DNA of 64,000 nucleotides from Strigamia acuminata (Eukaryota): NCBI GenBank assembly GCA_949358305.1, contig OX442314.1, positions 5,022,001 to 5,086,000 of the forward strand, read 5' to 3'. Shown piece by piece: positions 21,892 to 33,013 of this stretch (position 1 is its first letter; each line of letters starts with the position of its first letter). The notes under the pieces were generated by a model. It saw only the letters and a program-made list of their open reading frames with translations, ran no database searches and was not told where the DNA came from. The position numbers and the translations under genes were made by a program.

Positions 21892-24800
21892 AATTCGGGA
21901 AATGGTGGCGGCGACGGTAGCGAACAGTGGCACATCTGCCCTGTTTGCTCGGGAGAGCGCTGGGAGACATCTGCGGGCGGATGGGATTCGCCATGCGGCA
22001 ACTGCCTCGGCATGGGGCTGGTGCATTTTTCCATCCCCAGGCAGAGGTGGTATGCGCGCCACTCGCAGCGACCAGGCGGCGACCGGAGTCGCGCCCGTTC
22101 GATGGTATCGTGGATGAGCGTCGACTCGTGGGAGAGGCGGACGCAAGACCTGTTGCGACATGGGCATGCCCTCCTACTAGGCCTGTGCGCCGAGTCGGCT
22201 CAGCCGACTCGGCTCGGCGGCTGGTCGGCTGGACCCCAGCCGCCGCCGCCGTGTGGCGACAATTTACAACTAATTACAAGCCGCCGCCGCCGCTGATTTG
22301 CCGGCGTCGAACGGCTGAATTTTTTTTTTTTTTTTTTTTTTTTCAGATGATTTTATCGCCAGAAGAGAAGGAAGGAGAGGGACGGCGGAGGATGGAACAA
22401 TATGGCCGAAATCCGAAAACGATGCAAATTCTAGCACAATTTTTTTTATCATTTTCTCGATTATTCGATTATATTATTCAATTATTGATGTAAATTTTGT
22501 TATTAAACTTTTTGATTCAGTAAAGTAGTTTCTAGTTTGTAATTCAATTTAATTCATTGAGAATAATAATGTACGAAATACCAAAATCAATCCAACATCC
22601 AACCAAATAATCAACAACTTAGAACTTAGAACTTAACTTATCAAGCCACGATTAGATTTAGATTGCAAAGCACGAATTGTATGAATTCATTTTCATTAGT
22701 AATCGTGACTTTAAATTACGAGTGCGAATGAATTCGTGCAGTTCGTTGCGATATTGCAAAGTGCGATTGCAAATAATGCGATGCGAATTACGAATCACGT
22801 TCACGTTTTGGTTTTGGACGTAAACATAATGATCCAATGGCTGTGCAGCCATTGGATCATTACAAAACGTTTTTGCTACGTTTGGTATTCTAGATTTCTC
22901 GTATATAAAGCACAAAGCAGCAAAGAATAATTTATCTTTATCCAACCTGTTCTCTGATCATGTTTACCGACACCGAATCCGATGCTTCTCAACACGTTGC
23001 CGAAGAGCCGTCGCAATCGCAATTGGAGATTCTCACGTTGAACAATACTCCTAGTGGTAGTTTAGTATGGAAGTATTTTGGCACGTTGGTCAAAGACAAT
23101 AGACCGGTAGACGGGAGTTCGGCGGTGCATTGTAAAGAATGTTTCAAGGACCGAATCTTGAAGAAGTATAGCGTGACGACCAGTACAGGAAATTTGATCA
23201 CTCATCTCTTATCCAAACATAACATAACGGTTGATTCTCAACAAAAAGTTGCGAACGCCCAAAAAATATCGAACTTCTTCAGCCCGAATATCCCTACGAC
23301 ATCTAAACCGCGCGCAACTGATGCAAGATTCAAATTGGCACGTGACATTGCTTTGTTTTGTGCACGGGATTTAACTCCGTACAGTATTGTCGTCCACGAT
23401 GGATTTCGAGATTTTTGTCGCAAATACGGCGTCATCAAAAAGGACGAAGATTTGCCTGCCCGTTCAACAATAACGAGGAAAGCTTTGACCGATGTATACA
23501 ACCACGTACGTGAAAAATTCGTTGATAAACTTAAAAACATTTCTGGTGGGATTGGTCTGACGTGCGATTGTTGGACTGACAATTATGCGCATTTAGCGTA
23601 TATAACGTACACAATTCACTGGCTTGATGACAATTGGATTCTGAAAATCGGTTCTTTGGGAACAGTTCATTTTCCACCGCCGCACACGGGAGAAACTATC
23701 AAATCGAATTTTGAACAGCTTATTTGTGAGTATGGTTTAAGTAATTTGTATATAACTTCCGTAACCGATTGTGGTAGCAATATGCTTCGAGCATTTCGGC
23801 TAATGGATCGTCCACATATTAAATGTGTAGCTCATGGGCTTCACAACCTAATTTCGGGGGATCTTCTTAAGGATGTAGCCATGACTAACGTCAAACTGAT
23901 TATTCGGAAAATGCATTCAATCCATCGAGCGCTTATCTATAGGAAAGATGAGCTTAAAAATTTATTTATCGAGCTTCACAGCTTGCACCAGTTTGATGCG
24001 ATTGAGCAGCAGTCGAACGAAATTGAAGATTTACTTTGCGCGGATCGAATAGCAATACCAATGCCTGGTCATTTGGATTCGGAATCGGACCAAACGGACA
24101 TGAGCCTCGAGTTCCTCGACGTCGACACTGAAATCGCTGGTGAGTCTGAGTCTGTAAGCTCGTACGAAACATTGAAAATAGATGTTGCAACACGTTGGAA
24201 CAGTTTGCTTACGATGCTCCAAAGTTTTCGAAAAAACAAGGACGTAATTCAAATGATGCTGGAGAAACTGCAAAAATATAACTTGATTTTGTCGGATGCA
24301 GATGCGGAAAAACTTAAGTCGCTGGAAACGGTACTGGAATTGTTTAAAGATGCGACTGATATTTTGAATGGATCGAAGTATCCAACTTTGAATTGCGTAT
24401 TATTGTTCAAAACTGAAATATTGTATCAATTATCCGAATTTTGTAAATCTGACGATTTGGAAATTTCAAATTACGCTACAGTTTTGAGCTGTAATTTGGA
24501 AAAGCGTTTGCCTACGACAGAGGAGAATGTTGGTGCAGCTTTGTTGGACCCAGCTGCTCAGCATTTGGATATTGTTAAAAATTATTTGATTTCTCGTAGC
24601 ACAACAAAGTATCAATTTTTTAGAAGTCTTGCTGAGAAATATAACGTTTCCGTTTCCGTCACAACCCACAACGCTGAGCCTGATAGTTCCCCAAAAGAAC
24701 CACCGCGTAAAAATTCCAGAGCCTCTTTACTGCTGAAATATGCAGGTGCAGCTCAAATTCCCGAAACCAATGGACTTGCAAATGAAGTTGCAAAATATAC

Positions 24801-27392
24801 AAATGTCCACGGTCCCATTGAAGATGTTCTGATGTGGTGGAAAACACACGACACAGTATTTCCTATTTTATCTAAACTGGCAAAAATATCTTTGTGTATT
24901 CCTGCCACAAGCGCACCATCGGAACGAGCATTTTCAACAAGTGGGAATTTAATTTCTGCTAAACGAGCAAGTTTAAATTCAAAAACGGTTAAGGAAACTC
25001 TGTTCATTCATGATAACTACAGCTTTGTTGTTTAGTAAAAATTTTGTGTATTAAATAAAATAAAAATGAATTTTCAATTTTCATTCTTTTTATTTCATTT
25101 CAGTCAGTTTTTATTTTTTTCTTGTTAATTTTTTTTAATTTTTTTTTTTGGGGAGTTTTTTTGGTTTTTTTGTTGATTTTACACCGAAAATTTCGGCTTA
25201 GCCGATCAGCCGGCTGGCCGCCGCCGATACCGTATTGGATCGGCTCAGCCGCCAGCCGCCGACCCCTGCGAACGAGCCGGGTTCGAGCCGCCGCCACCTC
25301 GTGGCGACCAGCCGAATCAAGCCGCCGCCGAAAAATTGCGCTCGGCGCACAGGTCTACCTCCTACCACGTGGTTTGACGGTGGAAGCTGTCAGAGCGCGG
25401 GACGGGCAGCCTGGTCCATCGGGTTCTGCTCCTTCGGCACCAAGGGTTCAGGCGGGGCGGCCGGCTTCAGCAGAGGCCCCAGCCCAGTCGAACCCGAAGC
25501 GCCAAAAGCAAGAGCCAGCGCCGTCGAAGTGGACGGAAGAAATGACCGCACGGCTAGAGACCTCGTTGGCGGAGTGGCGGGCGTCCTACCCGCGCGCAAC
25601 TGCGGTTCAGATCGAGTCCGCAGGGAAGCTGCTGCGTCGTCGTATCAAGGACAATTCGAGGAAGGCACGGTCCGCCGAGGCGGCGAGGCAAGCGGTGGCC
25701 GAGGCGGAAGCTGCTGCCGTACTGCCGGTCGCACAGCGATCGTGTGGATCCGATGCCAGCGAACCGGGTGTTGTGGCTGTTCCGATGGTTGTCACTCTCC
25801 CCGTGGCGGACGGTACGCCGGAACCCACACAGCAGTTGGAAGTGGTCAGAGACGAGGTACAGGCTGAACCAGCAGTGTCCCTTGCTCTGGACCTTCCCGG
25901 AGTGCCTGGCGAACAGGTGGTCGAGATGCCCACGGAGGAAGCCGGCTGTAGTGAGCAGGCGATCGCTTGCGCTTCACTCGCACTCGGAATTCCCGTGGCG
26001 CAGTTCGACGGGACGGGAGGACTGCCCCATCGCACTTGGGGTAGCCTCATGAATCTCGCGGGACGGTCGGAGCCATCTACCCCGCGGGAAGAGTGTATTG
26101 TTTCCCAGAGGCAGGACGGCGCTTGCGCCGAACTACCGATGGTGCAATCCCTGATGCCAACGCCAGACGACGAGATGATGGAGTTGTCTGTTTCGGAGGA
26201 CGATGTGCTGCAATTGTCGGTGCTGGAGGGTTTGTCTCTCGAAGCACAGCTGTTGCGGTGCGGCGACCCCGAGATGGTCAGCGCAGGAGTAGAAACTGCC
26301 GGAGGAGGTGAAGGACCTTCCCAGGACCCACACCCCTCTGGACAGCACGAAGGAGCGGAGTTCTTGGAACCCGTCGAGGGCCAGGTTCCGCTCGAAGTCG
26401 CTGACTTACCGCCTGGTGCTCCGGTGGTCTGCACGGCACTTGTACTGATGGCAGTCCCGCGCCTCAAGCATGCGAACGCTCAGGTGGTGGCGCTCTGGGT
26501 CGCCGAAGCTAAGCGGTGGAGAGAACTTCACCTGCGCTTTGTGGACGCGGCCGGGAGTGACATCAGGACGACGAGGGCTGTCGCACTCATCAGGCAGAGG
26601 ATGTGGATAATCCTCAACATTCCCCCTGTCGCATCGGCCGCAGCGAGGAGAATCAGGTGGTTCGAGACGGTGCGCATCGTCGCGTGGGCGGTGGGCACTG
26701 CCATGAACGCATGGTATCTCCACCTACCGTCCCCGTTCGTGGTCCAAAGTTGGACTCTAGAGCAGACGGTGGGGGCGGACCATGCGGATTTCGACCCGGC
26801 AATCTGCCGTGGCTACGTGGAGACGCTGGCCGGGCTCCCGAGGTTGACCAATAACTACGGTCACCAACGGATGTTCGTACCGGCGTCCCACGAGCCTGTG
26901 CCTATCGTGATGCCACCGGAGTTGGCGGCACACTCACCGCCACCCCCGCCTACGTACGAAGAGGTGGTGATGAAGCGGGTGCATAGACGGAAGGGTTATC
27001 CCGACCAATTTAGCCCCGACGTCTGGGATCCAATCGAATCAACCCACGATGCTCGCAAGCAGAAGGGGAAGGGGAAGAAGTCCCGCACTGCTCAAACCAT
27101 AGCGGCGTCGAGGGAAGAAGCGGCGGCGCGACGCGCCTTAGCCCCAGTCAAGACGACGACGACGGAGGAGGTGCCTCAGCTACCCCCCCAGTCGGCGTCA
27201 GCTACGGCAGGAGCGGTGGAAGCGGAAGACGGGCAACTGGTGCCCCCACCGCCGTCGATACGGTCTGTACTGGAGGCGGCGAGAACTTCGCCAGCCCCAG
27301 CAGGACCCGCAGCGGTTGCAACCGAGTCTGAGGAGGAGCCGCAAGGCCCCTCTCAGCCGCGACCACCGTCCAACGACAAGCCGGAGCCGTGA
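21892..27392 (+). CDS. Accessory ORF of the LTR element (~770 codons once the hAT insertion and one TSD are removed: 21892-22177 + 25366-27392), now interrupted; unknown function, not env-like
   Basis: The joined frame reads ...HICPVCSGERWETSAGGWDSPCGNCLGMGLVH...DLLRHGHALL|PRGLTVEAVRARDG... without stops to TGA at 27392. It is preceded by a T-rich tract and TAG (acceptor-like); first ATG at 22012. Confidence 0.75.
22178..25357 (+). mobile_element. Autonomous-looking hAT DNA transposon (3,180 bp)
   Basis: 17-bp TIRs TAGGCCTGTGCGCCGAG / CTCGGCGCACAGGTCTA (1 mismatch); perfect 8-bp TSD CCTCCTAC (22170-22177 and 25358-25365); GCCG-rich subterminal repeats. Confidence 0.97.
22960..25035 (+). CDS. 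hAT transposase, 691 aa, intact single ORF
   Basis: BED finger (SLVWKYF..CKEC..TSTGNLITHLLSKH), TCDCWT (first D), VTDCGSNM (second D), CVAHGLH, DVATRWNS, and the C-terminal dimerisation motif WWKTHDTVFPILSKLAKISLCIPATSAPSERAFS (E). Confidence 0.97.
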   Translation: MFTDTESDASQHVAEEPSQSQLEILTLNNTPSGSLVWKYFGTLVKDNRPVDGSSAVHCKECFKDRILKKYSVTTSTGNLITHLLSKHNITVDSQQKVANAQKISNFFSPNIPTTSKPRATDARFKLARDIALFCARDLTPYSIVVHDGFRDFCRKYGVIKKDEDLPARSTITRKALTDVYNHVREKFVDKLKNISGGIGLTCDCWTDNYAHLAYITYTIHWLDDNWILKIGSLGTVHFPPPHTGETIKSNFEQLICEYGLSNLYITSVTDCGSNMLRAFRLMDRPHIKCVAHGLHNLISGDLLKDVAMTNVKLIIRKMHSIHRALIYRKDELKNLFIELHSLHQFDAIEQQSNEIEDLLCADRIAIPMPGHLDSESDQTDMSLEFLDVDTEIAGESESVSSYETLKIDVATRWNSLLTMLQSFRKNKDVIQMMLEKLQKYNLILSDADAEKLKSLETVLELFKDATDILNGSKYPTLNCVLLFKTEILYQLSEFCKSDDLEISNYATVLSCNLEKRLPTTEENVGAALLDPAAQHLDIVKNYLISRSTTKYQFFRSLAEKYNVSVSVTTHNAEPDSSPKEPPRKNSRASLLLKYAGAAQIPETNGLANEVAKYTNVHGPIEDVLMWWKTHDTVFPILSKLAKISLCIPATSAPSERAFSTSGNLISAKRASLNSKTVKETLFIHDNYSFVV

Positions 27393-28107
27393 AAAGCCTC
27401 GACTGTCGTCCTTGGACGCGAATTGTACAAACGACGGACCTCTGGTCCCGATAATATTTTTTCCCAACAGCATGCCGTGAGATGCCTGTCCCGGGACATG
27501 AACGCCGAGCCGGGAGCGAGTGACGAGACGGAGACGCCACGCCACAAGCCCACGTGCCCGACGAAAACGGATACCGGAGTTTTCCCGTTCCATCGGTGGA
27601 TCTCCCGGCCGTGGATCTTGGTCAGGTCCCGGTCGTTGTATATATATTATTTCTTTTTTTTAATTATCGTTTTCATTGTTTGTTTAACGTAACTTTATTT
27701 CCGATTATTTTATGAGAGGATTGACCAACCTCTCCCATCCTTGTTTTCATTTTTTTTTGTTTACATATACCGTATTTATTTTGTCTTTACTTTTTTTTTT
27801 TTTATTGTTTTTTGCTTTATGATTTCGTCCCGGGCTTGTTACGTTCAGGCCCGGTGAATTATTATTTACATTGTATTACATCAATAGTTTGTTTTGTTTT
27901 CGGCCAGTCTAGGGCGAGGTGGTTCCTGTCGCCCAATGCTGCTAACATCGTTGACCGACGGTGCGGTGGTTTTCGGTCCACCAGCACCGAAGGTCGGCAC
28001 CGGTAGCCCGACAAGTTGTGGTCTTCGACTGACTTCGTTGTTGTGTCTGCCTCGACTTGCGTGTCCCCGTCGGTGTTGTGTGTGGCCCCTTAGACCTACC
28101 TTTTCGT

Positions 28108-28119
28108 GGGGGGGGGAGA
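28108..28119 (+). other. Polypurine tract
   Basis: GGGGGGGGGAGA immediately before the 3' LTR. Confidence 0.9.
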
Positions 28120-28712
28120 TGTGACCGCCAGGCCACCTAGGTGACCTGCGGCACTGCCACACACCACCGTGCGGCCCCAAAGGTCAACCCCTACGTGGGT
28201 AGTTGACCTAGCTCGGGGAGGAGGGAGTAGAGTGGTGTGGTGAGGAGGGAGTGTGGTGAGAGAGTTGAGTGTTGGACACGGCCTGAGAAGGACGTGCCTG
28301 CAGCAGCTCCCCGAGAGGAGAAGGTGTTCATCTGGGAGGGACAAGCAGTGTCCCGGTTTGACTCTGTACTCCTCACCATTCACCACGATGATACTCAGTA
28401 TGACGGCTCCCACCGTTATACAGCCTCCATGAGTGGACGCGTGGGTCGTAGGTAAGTACGACACGAATGTTAAGTCGAACCGACCACGCCACGCATTGGG
28501 TTCCCACCCAGTGTGTGGCGGGTCGGTTGCCGGTGCGGTGTGCCTTCGTGGCACCTCTGCAGCGGGTGACGGGTTTCCCCATACCCCTAGACAACGCAAT
28601 AAAGGCCAACCAACCAATATTGTGGGAAGTCTCCGTCATTTACGTGAAGTATGCGTCCCTACCAAGTGTTCTCAGTCCCCTGACTACACTGGAAGAGACC
28701 ATAGCAGTCACA
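28120..28712 (+). repeat. 3' LTR (593 bp), followed by TSD GCGC
   Basis: Direct repeat of 10962-11554. Confidence 0.97.
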
Positions 28713-29372
28713 GCGCAACATTGAGATTCGCGCCTAGCAATCGGCATTACATTGTTTGTAATGCCTAAATGCGACATGCTGTGCTTACGGTGGTCCGGAA
28801 TAGCTACTTTTATGAAATTAGTGATTTTTTTAGCGAAGCTAACAAAAAATGATAAATTAGCGAGAAAATCAGCGAAAATTTTGCTGATTTTCTCGCTAAT
28901 CTATACGTTTTCACGACATTTACAACTGGTAAAAAATTAAACTCTTGATGCTAAATTTGTACTATGCATTATATTCTGCGCAGACGATTTTCTAATTCCA
29001 GTTGTTATTTGGCAGTAATAAGCCTAATATTAGGCTTAATAATGCTAAAATAAAGGAAATAAACAACAAGAAACTCATCATTAAAAGTAATTTACAGCCT
29101 AGTACCAAAATATTGTTGTTTATTGTTAGAAATGAGCACAAATGCTTTATGTTGAATAGTCACAACTAATCTTTGGTTTTGGGAATGATTTTATGTGACT
29201 GTTTGACAAAAATGAGAACTGCACTAACTTGTAAACTGTCCTCCTGTCGGCAGGATGCATATCCTGTGCAAAAACATAGGGGCGACAAAAATTCACATAT
29301 TATATAAAAAACTCAAATTTGCACATTTATTTATAGCTCTTTTCTCTTAAAATTATTTCCATTAAAGGTTTT

Positions 29373-29553
29373 TTACATATTTTTTAAAAATCTCATCCAA
29401 ACAAGTTTTCGTGGTTCCAACCTGGTCACCTCATTGGCTGTCATTGCTAATCAGAATAAAACATCATTAATGATTTCATTATTTTTGTGCAAAATACAAC
29501 TTAGTACCTATGCAGAACAAAAGAACAAAGAACAAGATGATTAGATATTTCAT
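29373..29553 (-). pseudogene. CS-alpha/beta peptide paralog 2, truncated. Exon 1 29553-29508; exon 2 from 29446.
   Basis: MKYLIILFFVLLFCI|AMTANEV then unrelated sequence and TAA, with no cysteine framework. Upstream and intron sequence is homologous to peptides 1 and 3. Confidence 0.75.
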
Positions 29554-29625
29554 TTTCGACGGATGAAACAAGTTGACTGGCGGTTTGTGAGAGATTTTCT
29601 TTTTGCCGGATCTAACTGCCGGAGT

Positions 29626-29656
<31 letters not shown>

Positions 29657-29966
29657 CTTATTCACATTTATTGCGATGTATAGAGATATAATTTTATTTA
29701 TAGGCTACCTAATGGCGTTGAATTAATTCACTTGAACGTCAAGTTACAAGCTTATCCCTTATAACTTATAAGGGATAAGGTTGTAACTTGACGTTGTTTT
29801 TTGAAATTCTATTTTTTTAACATGGAGCATGACTCTTTCCAACTTTCTGACTATTTTTCCTATACCCTTAGCTTTTTTGGTGGTTTTTCAGAAGTTTTAT
29901 AAAAAGAACGTAGTAAGCTTATAGTACTATGGTGTTGTATTCGGGAAAGACGGTAGTAATCCATAA

Positions 29967-30377
29967 AGCTAGGTTTACATTTATGTTCACACTAGAAGCG
30001 ATGCAACACAACGCAGAGTCCGTTCACACTGTAGGGAACGTGTGAACAGAGCTGAAACAATTGATGTTGCGTCTGGTCAGTCAGATGGGTTCAATGAAAC
30101 CTGGAATTGGACTTAATTCTAGAACTAGTTCCAGAATCCAAAATGGCGGCCTGTTTGCATGTGGCAAAGTCTCGCCAACCAGACGTGAATCGACGAGAGT
30201 TGGAGTCGATCGTGATTGGTTGGCCGCAAGACCTTTCCTTGCGTTACGTCGCTTACTTCAACTTGGGAGTTGTAGCAGGAATTGGCGTCAACTTCAAGAA
30301 TTTTTGGACGCAAGCAGCTTGCGTTGCGTCAGTTTTCTTGCATTGCGTCTAGTGTGAATACAAGTGTGAACCTCGCT
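29967..30377. mobile_element. PIF/Harbinger-type MITE
   Basis: ~40-bp imperfect TIRs (AGCTAGGTTTACA..TTCACACTAGA..TGCAA) with a TAA TSD on both sides. Confidence 0.8.
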
Positions 30378-30537
30378 TAAATGCCAATTCGGTAGTGGCA
30401 CAAACTAAATAAATCAATTTTAAAAACAAAATACGACATAATAATGTTTTTTTTATTTATTTAATTTTCTTTTTACATAATTCCGTTGATTAGTACAATC
30501 GTTTGCATCTGCAGTCACCTCATGTACGGCGTCTAAG

Positions 30538-30778
30538 TCAGTAGTACCGCCGCCGTTTGCATCTGCAGCCACCATCGTAAGTACAAGCGAGAAAGTCCCG
30601 ATCAACCCACTTACATTTTTGAATGCATCTCTCAACATCACACACATCCTCACTAGCCACCATTGCTAATCAGAATAGAACATACCAATGCTCATTAATG
30701 GATTTATTATTTTTGTGCAAAATATAACTTACCTATGCAGGACAAAAGAACAAAGAAAAACACGATAAGATGTTTCAT
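30538..30778 (-). CDS. Secreted CS-alpha/beta (defensin/toxin-like) peptide 3, 57 aa. Exons 30778-30733 and 30665-30538.
   Basis: MKHLIVFFFVLLSCIAMVASEDVCDVERCIQKCKWVDRDFLACTYDGGCRCKRRRYY*. Signal peptide, then C-x4-C-x3-C-x9-C-x5-C-x-C; canonical phase-1 GTAAGT...AG intron. Confidence 0.87.
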
Positions 30779-32871
30779 TTTCGAGGGATGAAACAAGTCG
30801 ACTAAACTGTCAGTCAACTTGTTTCATTTTCATTTTGCCGGATCTAACTGCCAGAGTTACAATATCCGGCGATATCATTACATTTAATGGCTACTCAATG
30901 GTGTTGAATTAATTCCATTCGATTGATTTCACGAGACATTATAAATTTGAACATTTTAATTAATTACAAGAGGTATCAGATCCGTTATACCATGTTCACA
31001 CCAAGCTTTTGGATCTCATCTAAAGCTGCGGATCTAGATCCAAGATTGGTGTGAACACTGAACTCCGTTTACGGATCTAGATCCGTGCGCCCAACAACTC
31101 TGTTCTAGGCATGAGAACGGGACCAATTTTCTGGTTCCGACCTGTCCCGAGTCCCGAAAATCGATTGCGTATTTTTTCTGCATTTTGCGTTTATAATTTC
31201 TTCTTGAATGCAAGCAGAAATATTGGCACGAGATGCAGAAAGGGTAAATATTTTGCGGGTAAATTGTTAAGGAAAAAGTTGATTGGAAATTTTCAATTCT
31301 GAATTTTCTTTGCAGCATTGTAAACTTAACTTTTCCCTGGCCATACAATCCGACAACCTGATTGTTCAGGTTGTCACATTGTAAAGGAAATTATTTCGCA
31401 TGTGGGTCCGCATGTGTCTTTCCGAGCGCGGAAATTGTTTGGTACACACAATCTGTGCACGAAAATTTGTTTGTTACAACCATGGTGTTGCATTGTAAAG
31501 CACGGGAAGAATAGAATTTCGCTTGCCTGAATGTCTCCTTGTGTAACATGTCAACCCGAACTTTTGTCCACATACAGAAAGTTGACATTCCGTGCACGGA
31601 AACAGGCTGTGTGTACATAGCTTAAAGGTCATCGGAAGAGAAATAAAAAATTTCTTTAATTTCTTTAAAATAATCTTAAAAAAGGTTATGTGACATTTTT
31701 GTCTGCTAAACTTAAGCAATAATAAAGTATTAGTGGTTTTACTTGTACATGATCAAATAGTGTTTTCACTATTTGAAAAAGGGAACCATTTTGTGCAATG
31801 CATTCTGGGATTTAATGTCGTCAATGACGTCATTTGTAAACACCGAGGTAAACACACCAAGCGTATATTTTTTCTCAATAACACTAGCTGCATTCAAAAA
31901 TTAAAATATTTGTGTTTTAACAATTGTAGTTTAAGTGTATTTTAAGTTTAAATTTTGAGTGTGAGAATTTTAACTCTATTTTATAAAATTGACAACATGT
32001 GAAAGCTTTAACATACATTTTTGATCACCTGATATGTAATAAATTCCAAAGTGTAGCATATAATAGTCTCCAAGTGATTAGAAAGTAGTATGCATTGTTC
32101 AAATGTTATTATTTTTAGTAAGATTTAAATTTTTTATGCCTTGCTAGTAGAAGGGAGGAAGAAATTTTAAAAGAGTATGACCAATTGCCACCAGAGGTCA
32201 TTCACAGCATCAATTCAAAGATGGAGTGATTGGACAATTAAGAAGAAATAATTAATAAAGCATAAAAGTAATATTTATTATCAATCTTAGTTAGAAAAAT
32301 ACCAAAATTTATGGTTTGAATAAGAATGGTGAAAAATTAAAAAAAAACAATTTAAAAACATGTTCACATGTGAGTTACCTATTTTCATGAAAATTCTTCA
32401 GAAATTGAAATTCAAAATTTTTGTATTTATGTTTTAAGAGTGTGTAGCACAAAAATTTAAAATATAACAGGAAGTGATGTGATAAGTTGTGAAGTGATGT
32501 TATATAACTACAGATAAAATATTAATTTGTGAGTGCTTGAATTTTAACTGAATTTTAGTTCAATTTTCATAAAATTTTGTATACAAATGTAATGCATAAC
32601 TACACTTCAAATTGAAGTAAAATAGAGTTTTGTGAAATTGTATTTTAGTTTGTATTTTAACCAATTTTAGTTTTATAGACAGGAAATGATGTCATTTTTG
32701 TTTTAAAATGGAACTAAAACACAAAATGTTTTAATTTTTGAATGCAGCTACTATTACCGCACATTTTATACATTTGTTATCATGGAGTATTGTGCAGCTG
32801 TGGAATGCCAACATTGATAAAAAAAAGTGCAAAAAGACCAATTTTTGAGCTAAAAATATTGACTTAACATC

Positions 32872-33013
32872 TACTTTGTAGCTAAAAACATCGATTTTGT
32901 AGCTAAAAACATCGATTTTATAGCTAAAAACATCGATTTTGTAGCTAAAAACATCGATTTTGTAGCTAAAAACATCGATTTTGTAGCTAAAAACATTGAT
33001 TTTGTAGCTAAAA
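32872..33013. repeat. 21-bp tandem repeat TAGCTAAAAACATCGATTTTG
   Basis: Directly visible. Confidence 0.9.

Larger units (their letters stand above)
10962..28712 (+). mobile_element. Full-length Ty3/Gypsy-type LTR retrotransposon (17,751 bp including two nested DNA transposons; ~12.5 kb without them), apparently non-autonomous
   Basis: Two 593-bp LTRs (TGTGAC...GTCACA), 4-bp TSD GCGC, PBS-like sequence after the 5' LTR, polypurine tract before the 3' LTR, and PR-RT-RH-(IN) domain order. Confidence 0.95.

Noticed and set aside
25122..25365. Hydrophobic N-terminus of the 756-aa track ORF as an env signal peptide
   Set aside because: That segment is the T-rich right end and TIR of the hAT element; the true upstream part of the ORF is at 21892-22177.
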